Virus record (IMG/VR): IMGVR_UViG_3300047476_001329
Direction: 5' to 3' (one strand)
Length of the DNA: 64,000 nt
From: a virus
The notes beneath the pieces are model-generated. The model worked only from the letters and a program-made list of their open reading frames with translations. It did not search any database and was not told the origin of the DNA. A program made the translations under genes and the position numbers. Position 1 is the first letter of the stretch. Each line of letters opens with the position of its first letter. Below, piece by piece: positions 9,477 to 18,395 of this stretch.

Positions 9477-9658
9477 AAACGTTTATTATGAAAATTAGTA
9501 TTGATAAAGTTGTTTATCAAATGTATATTTTACCATACATGAAGATAACATACAATTCTTGGTTAAACGGTGATTATGAATTAATATTTGGTTGGTTAAG
9601 TTATCAATTAGTATTTGGTTACACACCATTAAAACAAAGAAAATGATATACTATAAAG

Positions 9659-9901
9659 ATGATAAAATTTTTTAAATTACTATTCATGTCTTTAAGAAAA
9701 CTCAACTCCCCAAAACTTGAGAATCCTGTTTGTTGGTCGGTTGATGATTTTAAAAAGGCAAAAAAATGGGCACAATGTAGAGTCCACCCAAATTTTAAAG
9801 ATAAATCAATATGGGAAGTTGTTTATTCACCACGATATGACACGACCGAAGTTCTTCACGAAATAAATAAGTTTATAATTATTGAAAATAAAAACAAATA
9901 A
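9659..9901 (+). CDS. hypothetical protein
   Basis: 80-aa ORF. Confidence 0.2.
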   Translation: MIKFFKLLFMSLRKLNSPKLENPVCWSVDDFKKAKKWAQCRVHPNFKDKSIWEVVYSPRYDTTEVLHEINKFIIIENKNK

Positions 9902-9904
9902 AAA

Positions 9905-11281
9905 ATGAAAATCACAAAAACACTTTTATTAATTTTAGGATTATTTACCCTAATTTATTCTTGTTCTGATACAAGTAACACAATTAAACCCGCGGAGTTT
10001 CCGACTCATTTGGGTATTAAAGATTTTAACTTCCCTGAAGATTCTAACAAAATTTATATTTGGTTGGAAAATCAAGATACCACAAGTATTGTTAGTCACG
10101 CTTGGGGTATTTGGGCTGGATTAACCGAACCAACAAAACAAAAATATAATGGACAGACCTTATTAGTTTTTGAAACTTGGATGGGTGTTCAAGAATTGGC
10201 AGCAATGTCGGCACAAGGTCAGGTATCAAGTGATATTGAGAAAACAAATAGAACACAATTAAGCATACCAAAACAATTTGTTCACGGTAGATTATTTGCG
10301 GGACAGAAAGTTGATACAAATTTTACAGTATTGGAGACAGTATCTTATGACCCATCTGCAGCACATTTCGCAACATCTAATAGATTGTTTAATAAATCTG
10401 TTTTAAATGGGTATACAGTTAAAAATGGTATTGGTGCAGTTCCTGAATTCCCTAACACATCAATTACGACTAAACCAACATATTATGCTGGCGTACCAAG
10501 TAAAAATGGTTTAATTAGAGTACCTGTTTGGGTTTCACCAAATCCTGCGAAAGCTTTCAAATATACAGAGTGGCAACAATGGGTTTACGCGGATGTTAAC
10601 AACAAACAAGAGCCGAATAAAAAATTGGTTCCTGTTACCACATCTAACCCAACACATGAACAAATTAAAGCGGCGACTTGTAATGTAAATGATTTCATTA
10701 ACTATAAAATTGATAGAGTTGGTGCGGACTATCTTAATAGTCATCAAGATGTTGGTACAACACCAAGTAGACAATTTGTTGAGGGTGATTATGTATTATT
10801 AGTTGCGATGCACGTGACAACGAAAGAATTTAAGAATTGGACATGGCAAACATATTTTTGGTGTCCTGACCCATCAAATCCACCTTCACCAAGTTCCAAA
10901 TTTGAAGCGGGTTTGAGACCTAAAGAACTTAAAGGTGCGGCATCACATTACGCTGTTAGTACGGCGTATGCTATGGTTTGGCCAAATCAACCTGTAACGG
11001 GTGGTTCGGATAATAATGCCAGACCTATTTTAGCTTTCAATCCATACCTTGAGGGTGGGTTCGGACCAAAAGTCTTCAGTTTACCTAATAAATTTAGACC
11101 TGATTTTGTATACGGTATGCAAACCAATTGTATGTCCTGCCACGCGTTGTCAACCATGACAGGTAAGAATGGTTATTCAACAAACCAGTATATTGATATG
11201 ATGGATACATCGTTATTTAAAAATGATGTCAAATTAGATTTCACATGGTCGATTCAAGGTAACATAAATTCTGATAAATAA
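9905..11281 (+). CDS. putative lipoprotein / secreted protein
   Basis: N-terminal 'MKITKTLLLILGLFTLIYSCSDTS' is a signal peptide with a lipobox-like Cys. 458 aa. Confidence 0.45.
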   Translation: MKITKTLLLILGLFTLIYSCSDTSNTIKPAEFPTHLGIKDFNFPEDSNKIYIWLENQDTTSIVSHAWGIWAGLTEPTKQKYNGQTLLVFETWMGVQELAAMSAQGQVSSDIEKTNRTQLSIPKQFVHGRLFAGQKVDTNFTVLETVSYDPSAAHFATSNRLFNKSVLNGYTVKNGIGAVPEFPNTSITTKPTYYAGVPSKNGLIRVPVWVSPNPAKAFKYTEWQQWVYADVNNKQEPNKKLVPVTTSNPTHEQIKAATCNVNDFINYKIDRVGADYLNSHQDVGTTPSRQFVEGDYVLLVAMHVTTKEFKNWTWQTYFWCPDPSNPPSPSSKFEAGLRPKELKGAASHYAVSTAYAMVWPNQPVTGGSDNNARPILAFNPYLEGGFGPKVFSLPNKFRPDFVYGMQTNCMSCHALSTMTGKNGYSTNQYIDMMDTSLFKNDVKLDFTWSIQGNINSDK

Positions 11282-11285
11282 TTTT

Positions 11286-11825
11286 ATGAAGTTTATGTCG
11301 TTATTAAAAGAATCACAAAATAGAAAGTACGAGTTTGGTTGTACTATGTTATATTTTAATTTCCCTGAAATTAATCACATCCATAAATTAATTGACCCCA
11401 ATCATCTCTATGTTAATGAGTATGATGATTCATATGGTTTAGAGAATGAACCACATACAACTTTATTGTTCGGTACCCACGACGACGTAACAGTAGATGA
11501 TGTGAGGAACACATTAAACGGGTTCACATTTAACACGTGTCGAGTACATAACCCATCATTGTTTCAAAATGAAATGTACGATGTTTTAAAGTTTGATGTG
11601 AATGGACCAAATTTACATGATGCCAATGGCGAACTTAGAAAATTCCCACACACCAATAATTTTCCTGATTACCATCCTCACTTAACTATTGCCTATTTAA
11701 AACCTGGAATGGGACCACGTTATGTTAGAAAACTAACTAACATGAATTACATGTTGAAACCAACTCATGGAATTTACTCACACCCAAGTGGAGAAAAAAC
11801 ACGTATTGATTTAAATTTAGAATAA
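11286..11825 (+). CDS. 2H phosphoesterase superfamily protein (LigT / cyclic phosphodiesterase-like)
   Basis: Two H-x-T-x motifs about 85 aa apart: 'PHTTLLFG' and 'HPHLTIAY'. Confidence 0.5.
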   Translation: MKFMSLLKESQNRKYEFGCTMLYFNFPEINHIHKLIDPNHLYVNEYDDSYGLENEPHTTLLFGTHDDVTVDDVRNTLNGFTFNTCRVHNPSLFQNEMYDVLKFDVNGPNLHDANGELRKFPHTNNFPDYHPHLTIAYLKPGMGPRYVRKLTNMNYMLKPTHGIYSHPSGEKTRIDLNLE

Positions 11826-12137
11826 GTGAAACTCAAGAAAATTGTAAAGGAATATAAGAATGCAACAACTTATGAAATTTGGGAAGGAATTAGAGATAAC
11901 TTTACTTTCGGATTTATCGGGGCGACCTTGGTTGTTTTTATTGCAACAAGAACAGACATTGCTGTTCTTTTGGGTTATATTATCTACTATTATTACATGG
12001 GTCGAATTGTAAATCGACCAAAATACGTTACAGATTTAGGCAAATTAATAGTCTTTCCAATACCCTCGGCGTTAGGTGCATTTACAGGATATAAACTTTC
12101 GTATACCTTAATACAATTTTTTCAAAATTTGTATTAA
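11826..12137 (+). CDS. hypothetical membrane protein
   Basis: Hydrophobic segments 'FGFIGATLVVFIATRTDIAVLLGYIIYYYY'. Confidence 0.3.
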   Translation: MKLKKIVKEYKNATTYEIWEGIRDNFTFGFIGATLVVFIATRTDIAVLLGYIIYYYYMGRIVNRPKYVTDLGKLIVFPIPSALGAFTGYKLSYTLIQFFQNLY

Positions 12138-12277
12138 CGACCCTGTCCTCTGTAATTCTTTTCTCTTTTATCGTGTTTGTTAAAAGATTTTTTAGCTTTA
12201 CCAATACGTCTTTTACCAAAGTTTACCTTTACCGAAGCATTAGACGATTTACCTTTTGAACTTTTTCCTGCTGCCAT
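12134..12277 (-). CDS. small highly basic protein (47 aa, Lys/Arg/Gly/Ser-rich)
   Basis: Start placed at the internal ATG (12275-12277, complement) giving 'MAAGKSSKGKSSNASVKVNFGKRRIGKAKKSFNKHDKREKNYRGQGR'. The upstream part of the track ORF is hydrophobic junk. Convergent with flanking + genes. Confidence 0.3.
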   Translation of the reverse strand: MAAGKSSKGKSSNASVKVNFGKRRIGKAKKSFNKHDKREKNYRGQGR

Positions 12278-12303
12278 GTTAATAATTTTATAAAGATAAA
12301 TAT

Positions 12304-12331
12304 GGATATCACAAAAAAAGTAATATATTTG
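12304..12331 (+). promoter_or_regulatory. phage promoter-like motif (GGATATCACAAAA...TATATTTG)
   Basis: 'ggatatcacaaaaaaagtaatatatttg' ends 13 nt before the ATG at 12345. TAnnTTTG is the Bacteroidota -7 consensus. Confidence 0.45.
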
Positions 12332-12344
12332 TAAAAACGTCACA

Positions 12345-14216
12345 ATGGAACTAATCAAACAAAGATTTACGTATTCTATAATTGATATCATAAGGGATAA
12401 TTGTGTCCTTAATAGTGAAAGAGTAAACGAAAAGAAACCGGTTATTCTTAGTGATGATTTTGATTTACCATTTGAATCAGTTGAACCTTCGATTGATATG
12501 ATTCTTAATGAGGTTCAAACCTCTGAAGCAATTCGTAAAAAGAGTCCTTCTTATGTTGATATTAAATTGGAACCATTCCCCAAAAACGGTAAAAGGACAA
12601 AATATTTTTATAATAATACTCAAAAGGAATACGTATCATTCCAAAAATTAACAAAGGAGCCTTGTTACACATCAAAAGAAAAACACCTCAAAAGACACTA
12701 CGGAAATCCGTTCGCCTCAATAAGAATTGTGACCACTGAGAGGTCTATTGAAATTCGAGACAATAAACTTCATATACGATTATACCAAAACATTAGGAGA
12801 AGAGAATTTAATTGGAGGTATTTTAGAAAATCTTCAGATGTTAAAACATTCACCATTGATTTGGAAAAGGGTGATTTCACAATTGGAGATATGTTATTTG
12901 GTACCACCAAGAAAAAGGTATTTAGAAAAAATTCATTTTCCACATTAGAACTACTTTTAAATTCTAATTATATTTTTAACATAAAATCGAGAATTGATAA
13001 GAATTTAAAAGTTGCCGATGAATTTTCAAATGTGTTTAATGATTATGAATTCCTTAAAATAATTAAGGAATACATTAAAGACTTACCGTCTGAATGTTCG
13101 GACTTGACACATAAACACCAATTTACAAATAAGTTTATTGAATTTTTTGTTGAAAAGAAAAAAATAAAAACACCAAATAATTTCACGGACTTAATTAAAT
13201 TATATTACCCAACTGAAAAATTCTTGAAGAAAAATGAACGGAAATTGGTACAATCAATTTTGGATAGTTTTGGAATAAATTCAAAATTTGTCAGTAAACT
13301 TTTTCACTCCAATCCAAGATTACATCTACAAGAGTTTTCATCTTTTTGTTCTTTATTTGGAAAGGATTATCCAAAGTATCTTGGTTCTTTACATCCAGAT
13401 TTTCTTAAGTTTTTTTCATATAAATCTGGAACAACGGTTACGTCGGTACCTTTAGAGTTAAGGGGTCCCCATAGTAGTGTGAGACAATTATACATTGATA
13501 AAAATGAAAAAGAAAATATTATTAAAATAGTCAATTCTTTAATAACTCCATCTGACCAAAACCGCGCACAACAGAATACAATTCAGGGGTTGTATACCTT
13601 ATTTAAAGACCATTTTGATATGATTGAAAAAATCAGAGATTATGACCCTAATATAAAAATGAGAGCAACAAATTACTCTGACTTTCACATAGAGCATTTG
13701 GAATTATCAAAAATGTGCTCATTGATTAAAAAAGGTTGGTCAATTGAATATCAGTATGATAATAGAATGGTTAGATTGGTCCAAGAGGTAATTAAAACTT
13801 CTTTTGAGGATAATGAATACACATTTAACCCAACTATCTTAAAAAGAGAAGAGGAGTATTCAGAAGAGGGGTCTTTTATGCACCATTGTGTTGCAACATA
13901 TGCAAATAAAGAATCGTCGATGATTGTTTCATTAAGGTCTGCAGATAACACCGATAGAGTTACATGTGAGTTCAATAAAAAAACAGGTGATTGTATTCAG
14001 GAAAGATACTTCTGTAATAAATTACCACCGGTTTATTTTATTGATTCTCTGGAAATATTGAAAAAAAGGATAAAGAAATTTGCGACCCAACGACTTTTAA
14101 ACCATATTGATGTTAAAAAAGTCAAAATTAAAATTAATGGTAAAGAAGTTCCCGAAAGAGCGGAGATGGATTTATTTGACCAATTGATTTATGGTATCAA
14201 TGATGCCAATTTTTAA
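12345..14216 (+). CDS. large hypothetical protein, paralog A of a tandem pair
   Basis: 623 aa. Shares two blocks with the downstream ORF: the 'DSFGINSKF...LFGKDYPKYL' region and a C-terminal 'EEGSFMHHCVATY...SLR' block. Confidence 0.45.
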   Translation: MELIKQRFTYSIIDIIRDNCVLNSERVNEKKPVILSDDFDLPFESVEPSIDMILNEVQTSEAIRKKSPSYVDIKLEPFPKNGKRTKYFYNNTQKEYVSFQKLTKEPCYTSKEKHLKRHYGNPFASIRIVTTERSIEIRDNKLHIRLYQNIRRREFNWRYFRKSSDVKTFTIDLEKGDFTIGDMLFGTTKKKVFRKNSFSTLELLLNSNYIFNIKSRIDKNLKVADEFSNVFNDYEFLKIIKEYIKDLPSECSDLTHKHQFTNKFIEFFVEKKKIKTPNNFTDLIKLYYPTEKFLKKNERKLVQSILDSFGINSKFVSKLFHSNPRLHLQEFSSFCSLFGKDYPKYLGSLHPDFLKFFSYKSGTTVTSVPLELRGPHSSVRQLYIDKNEKENIIKIVNSLITPSDQNRAQQNTIQGLYTLFKDHFDMIEKIRDYDPNIKMRATNYSDFHIEHLELSKMCSLIKKGWSIEYQYDNRMVRLVQEVIKTSFEDNEYTFNPTILKREEEYSEEGSFMHHCVATYANKESSMIVSLRSADNTDRVTCEFNKKTGDCIQERYFCNKLPPVYFIDSLEILKKRIKKFATQRLLNHIDVKKVKIKINGKEVPERAEMDLFDQLIYGINDANF

Positions 14217-14239
14217 GAGTACAAAATAAAATTTAGTCC

Positions 14240-15646
14240 ATGTATATTTTATACATGGATTTACTATATAGGCATTACCAAAACAAGAAATCAAAAGTCA
14301 ATAACACAACTTCAATTTCTGAAATCCAACTTTATCAGTTCGATAATTTACTACACTATATTGCCGATTTTTCATTTGATTATCTTCGTTACGGGACCAA
14401 AAATATTTTAACTGTACATCACGGTTTTACTATTAACCTAAAGAATGGTGACATAAATGTTTATTACCAACTCTCTAACCAATCACCAACTGAAAGAGCT
14501 CGAGGTAAAAACAGTACAAAGAAGAATAATTTCGAGTCGATTTTATACCTAATAGAACATGGTTTTTATAAGGGTGAAAAAAGGAGAGGATTTTGGGGTA
14601 AGAAATATGACTTAATGGTTGAACAAGTTACCAAAATCATAATTTCAAAAATCGAATCAGAAATAAATCAATTGATAGAAGTACCTCATCAAAAAAATTT
14701 TTCAATAAACCCATTATATGATTTATTAGTCGATTTTCATCTTCATAAAAAGAAGATAAAATATCATGACGCGATATACATTTCAATCCTTAAGGATTAC
14801 CCAAAATCAAAATGGTTAAAAATTAATGAGAACAAGTTTTTACCGGCAGTTTTGGATTCTTACGGTATTAAATCAAAATATCTAATAGGGGGGTTGAACG
14901 AGTATGAGAATCGAAATGTTGATATAAAAACACTAACCTATTTGTGTAAATTATTTGGTGAAGGGTATGTCGACTATTTAAGACAGATTAATTGGGTTGA
15001 ATTAACATCCAACAGAATTCAGTTTAAAAAATATCATTCTTTGAAGAATGAAAAGGAAAGAGCTTGTTTGGTTAGTATAATCAAAAATTGGGGCGAAATT
15101 TCATCACATGAGATTCAAAGATGTGATTTACTTGAAACAATAAATAAAGTGTTGACCCTAAGAGAATTTTTAGAAACTAAAAATATTGTTTCTAAATTTA
15201 ATGCTAAAGATTTAATTTCATTAGAATTACTTTTAAATGATTTAGATAATATAAAAAATCATTTTAAAAAGGGATATAAAGTTAGATATTCATTTGACGA
15301 AAATTTTTTAAATGAAATTGAATCCGACATTGTTGTTGGCGATAAAACATTCAAAGTTAGAATTCTGAAAGCTGAGGAGGATTTTATTAAAGAGGGTTAC
15401 ACAATGAAGAATTGTCTTTCAAAACAATTTCATAAAGGGGTTGTGTACATTTATTTGTCGATGAAACACAATCGAACAAATATCAATTTAGAATATAAAA
15501 AGGGTAATTTAATCATGTCATATGGTAAAGCCAATACCCCTGTTGAACCACATTTTAATCCAGCAATTTCTGAATTAACTAAGAGAATGTTAAAATACTC
15601 AGGTACCACATGGGTTAAAGAAAAATATGAATATATTACAAAATAA
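14240..15646 (+). CDS. hypothetical protein, paralog B of a tandem pair
   Basis: 468 aa. 'DSYGIKSKYL...LFGEGYVDYL' and 'KEGYTMKNCLSKQ...YLSMK' align with paralog A. Confidence 0.45.
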   Translation: MYILYMDLLYRHYQNKKSKVNNTTSISEIQLYQFDNLLHYIADFSFDYLRYGTKNILTVHHGFTINLKNGDINVYYQLSNQSPTERARGKNSTKKNNFESILYLIEHGFYKGEKRRGFWGKKYDLMVEQVTKIIISKIESEINQLIEVPHQKNFSINPLYDLLVDFHLHKKKIKYHDAIYISILKDYPKSKWLKINENKFLPAVLDSYGIKSKYLIGGLNEYENRNVDIKTLTYLCKLFGEGYVDYLRQINWVELTSNRIQFKKYHSLKNEKERACLVSIIKNWGEISSHEIQRCDLLETINKVLTLREFLETKNIVSKFNAKDLISLELLLNDLDNIKNHFKKGYKVRYSFDENFLNEIESDIVVGDKTFKVRILKAEEDFIKEGYTMKNCLSKQFHKGVVYIYLSMKHNRTNINLEYKKGNLIMSYGKANTPVEPHFNPAISELTKRMLKYSGTTWVKEKYEYITK

Positions 15647-15660
15647 ATTTTTATTTTTTT

Positions 15661-15688
15661 GGAAATCCAAAATTTTTTTATATATTTG
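15661..15688 (+). promoter_or_regulatory. phage promoter-like motif
   Basis: 'ggaaatccaaaatttttttatatatttg' has the same architecture as the other copies. Precedes the small ORF at 15709. Confidence 0.4.
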
Positions 15689-15708
15689 GTCAGTAAATTT
15701 TATTAATT

Positions 15709-15870
15709 ATGCAACCAAAAGAATCTAAATCTAACTCACACTTTAACATAAGTTTAGCGAAATCAGGACTAAGGATTGTCGCTTGTTATTTTTTGTTTTT
15801 CTCTAATTTAGAGAGTGCCGCAATCTTGTTTTTTGTGGCAGAACTATTAGGAATCGCAGAAGAATTTTAA
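15709..15870 (+). CDS. small hydrophobic (membrane) protein, 53 aa
   Basis: Unlisted ORF 'MQPKESKSNSHFNISLAKSGLRIVACYFLFFSNLESAAILFFVAELLGIAEEF' downstream of the promoter motif. Confidence 0.3.
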   Translation: MQPKESKSNSHFNISLAKSGLRIVACYFLFFSNLESAAILFFVAELLGIAEEF

Positions 15871-15873
15871 ATT

Positions 15874-16197
15874 ATGGTAATTGTAGACCCCTCAAATGAA
15901 AATAACCAAGACATTGGTTTTAGCGGAGATTGGATTAACATTAGACAGTCCACAGTAATCACTTTAAACGATTATTTGGTCGTTCAACATGATGATGGAC
16001 CCATCCAACTCAAGGTTAACATCACCGCGGATTTTAATACAATCCCGAAAGAATATCACGAAATATTCTTGAATGTTTTATCTGCCAGATATCAGGGTAG
16101 AGTTAATTTTGGTGACAACCCCTTTTCAAATTGTAAGCCAGTTCAAAAAAGAAAATGGTACCAATTTTGGAAGTCAAAATATTTTGTCGGACCTTAA
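15874..16197 (+). CDS. hypothetical protein
   Basis: 107-aa ORF. Confidence 0.3.
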   Translation: MVIVDPSNENNQDIGFSGDWINIRQSTVITLNDYLVVQHDDGPIQLKVNITADFNTIPKEYHEIFLNVLSARYQGRVNFGDNPFSNCKPVQKRKWYQFWKSKYFVGP

Positions 16198-16383
16198 TAT
16201 TTATTTTCATGAAAAGTCCAAAAGAGGTTAATAATCAAGTCATTATCAATGACGACATCGCAAGTATTGAACACGTGATTCAAGAAGACCCAAACGTAGA
16301 CGATGACTACACTTGGGACGATAACAAACAACACACAGAACAACATTTTTATTGAAAAAGAGTATTTTATAAAAACAACATAG

Positions 16384-17067
16384 ATGCGTATATCAAATTC
16401 ATTGATTGAGGGTGAAGTAAGAGAAATCAAACCTTTCATATTTGCAACAATAATAAAAAACCAATATGATAGGTCCTCATTATTTTGTAGATATCAGGAA
16501 TTTTACGAGTCACCATATCCACAGATAAGGGGTAAGTTTTTTACTATTGAAGAGTATATGAAACTCTATACTACACAGAATAAGAAACCACATTTTACTT
16601 ATCAAAGTGATTGGACAGGTTATAATATACCATCTAAAGTTTTACTCGAGGCGAGAAATATTTTCGGTCCCCCAATTACACAGTACGATACTACAATGAA
16701 TGAAATAATTGAGTATTGTGAAAGGGAATCTAGAATACAAAATCGGGGAGAACAACATTCTTGGTACCTTATTGGTGTTGATAAATTAAAAAGTGGTGTC
16801 ATGAATCATGAGATTGCCCATGGTTTCTATTTCACAAATCCACATTACAAAGTTGAGATGGATTATTTGATTGGAGACATCAACCCAAAACATTATGAAC
16901 ACTTAAAGAAAATTTTAGTAAAGGGTGGTTATTCTGATGATAAGTCAATAATCGATGATGAGATACAAGCGTACATGTCAACAGGAAAACACACTGAGTG
17001 GAATGACTCGATTTATCAAAAATACTCTCAAGAATTTATAAAAATATTTAAAAAGTTCAATAAATAA
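16384..17067 (+). CDS. hypothetical protein with HExxH motif (possible zinc metallopeptidase)
   Basis: 'VMNHEIAHGFYF' contains HEIAH. Confidence 0.3.
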   Translation: MRISNSLIEGEVREIKPFIFATIIKNQYDRSSLFCRYQEFYESPYPQIRGKFFTIEEYMKLYTTQNKKPHFTYQSDWTGYNIPSKVLLEARNIFGPPITQYDTTMNEIIEYCERESRIQNRGEQHSWYLIGVDKLKSGVMNHEIAHGFYFTNPHYKVEMDYLIGDINPKHYEHLKKILVKGGYSDDKSIIDDEIQAYMSTGKHTEWNDSIYQKYSQEFIKIFKKFNK

Positions 17068-17069
17068 AC

Positions 17070-17417
17070 GTGAGGTTATTTAGGTTCTATAGAGATGATA
17101 TTGGTTGGTTTGTAGATTTACCTGAATGGGAAGGTTCAAGATATGACCTCCAAATGGTAATGGGTGCAGATTCTTTTTTGGACATATTGTCTCAAGGAGA
17201 AAGTGAAAAATATGTTGCACTATCGGATGAACCTTTTGATGGGTGTTATGAACTTATTTTTGTGGGTCTTGGTAGAATTGAAGGTCCCGAAATTGGTGAG
17301 GGTGCATGGTATAAACTTGAAAATTATCTCGGCATAGATTTCCGATTACAAATGTGGTTATGTGATGTCACTAAATTCGTATTTGGTGATTTTCCAAGAA
17401 AAATATATTTTAGGTAA
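17070..17417 (+). CDS. hypothetical protein
   Basis: 115-aa ORF. Confidence 0.3.
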   Translation: MRLFRFYRDDIGWFVDLPEWEGSRYDLQMVMGADSFLDILSQGESEKYVALSDEPFDGCYELIFVGLGRIEGPEIGEGAWYKLENYLGIDFRLQMWLCDVTKFVFGDFPRKIYFR

Positions 17418-17762
17418 ATGAAATTTATAATTGCTGGTGGTAGAGACTTTAACGATTATGAATTATTAAAGAAGTCATGTGACGATTTAATACTTGATAA
17501 AGTTAATGAAATCATTTCGGGTGAAGCTCGAGGTGCAGACTCTTTAGGTGAAAAATGGGCAACAGAGAATAAAATAAAAGTCACACTTTTTCCCGCTAAT
17601 TGGAATAAATACGGTAAATCTGCTGGTTACAAAAGAAATACACAGATGGCCGAATATGCCAATGGATTGATTGCGTTTTGGGACGGTAAAAGTAAAGGTA
17701 CAAAGCACATGATTGATACCTCAACTCAAAAAGGTTTGGAGGTACATATAATTAATTACTGA
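17418..17762 (+). CDS. SLOG-superfamily protein (DprA/YspA/DUF2493-like Rossmann domain)
   Basis: 'MKFIIAGGRDFNDY...ISGEARGADSLGEKWA...LIAFWDGKSKGTKHMI' has the Gly-rich loop plus the G-x-A-x-G-x-D signature of the SLOG/DprA fold. Confidence 0.45.
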   Translation: MKFIIAGGRDFNDYELLKKSCDDLILDKVNEIISGEARGADSLGEKWATENKIKVTLFPANWNKYGKSAGYKRNTQMAEYANGLIAFWDGKSKGTKHMIDTSTQKGLEVHIINY

Positions 17763-17763
17763 T

Positions 17764-18342
17764 ATGAAAGTTATATTTTTAGACCATGACGGTGTAATCT
17801 GTCTATCAACAGAGTGGGGAGGTCGATACAAAAAAAGAGAAAAGAATGGGATTAACCATAAACAACCGAATTTAGAAATGCCGGTTGAGTATCGATTTGA
17901 TAATTTCAATCAAAAGGCCGTTAAAATTCTTAATGAGATTATAGAAAAAACAGGGGCGGAGATTGTGGTATCTTCTGATTGGAAGAGATGGGCAAATGTT
18001 GAGGAGATGGGTGAGTACTATGAATCAAAAGGAATCATTAAAAAACCGATTGCATTTACACCTAATTTAGGTCAATGTAATTGGTATGGAACTTGGGTTT
18101 GGTCCCCTGTTTGGGATTTAGAAATGACTAGAGTGATTGAAATAAAACAATATCTCCATGACCATCCCGAAATAACCCATTGGGTTTCTATTGATGATTT
18201 AGATATGGGTAAAACGGGTATACATGAAGGTACCAAATTTGAACATGATTGGGGTTTAGATAATTTTGTTTTAACACCCAGGGGTAATGAAGGTATAAAA
18301 CAGTCGGGTATAAAAGATAAAATAATCAAATACCTAACTTAA
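17764..18342 (+). CDS. HAD-like hydrolase (putative)
   Basis: N-terminal 'MKVIFLDHDGVICLS' matches HAD motif I (DxDG). Start is 2 nt after the SLOG gene stop. Confidence 0.4.
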   Translation: MKVIFLDHDGVICLSTEWGGRYKKREKNGINHKQPNLEMPVEYRFDNFNQKAVKILNEIIEKTGAEIVVSSDWKRWANVEEMGEYYESKGIIKKPIAFTPNLGQCNWYGTWVWSPVWDLEMTRVIEIKQYLHDHPEITHWVSIDDLDMGKTGIHEGTKFEHDWGLDNFVLTPRGNEGIKQSGIKDKIIKYLT

Positions 18343-18395
18343 TAAATCCATTTCCGAATACGGGAATATTTATCTAAGTATAGAATTGTTTTATA

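Noticed and set aside
12278-12391. Longer version of the minus-strand ORF 12134..12391 and a ribosomal protein S21 identity
   Set aside because: The upstream 38 codons are hydrophobic and low-complexity and would overlap the promoter motif of the next gene. The basic 47-aa core does not match the bS21 consensus, so it is called only a small basic protein.
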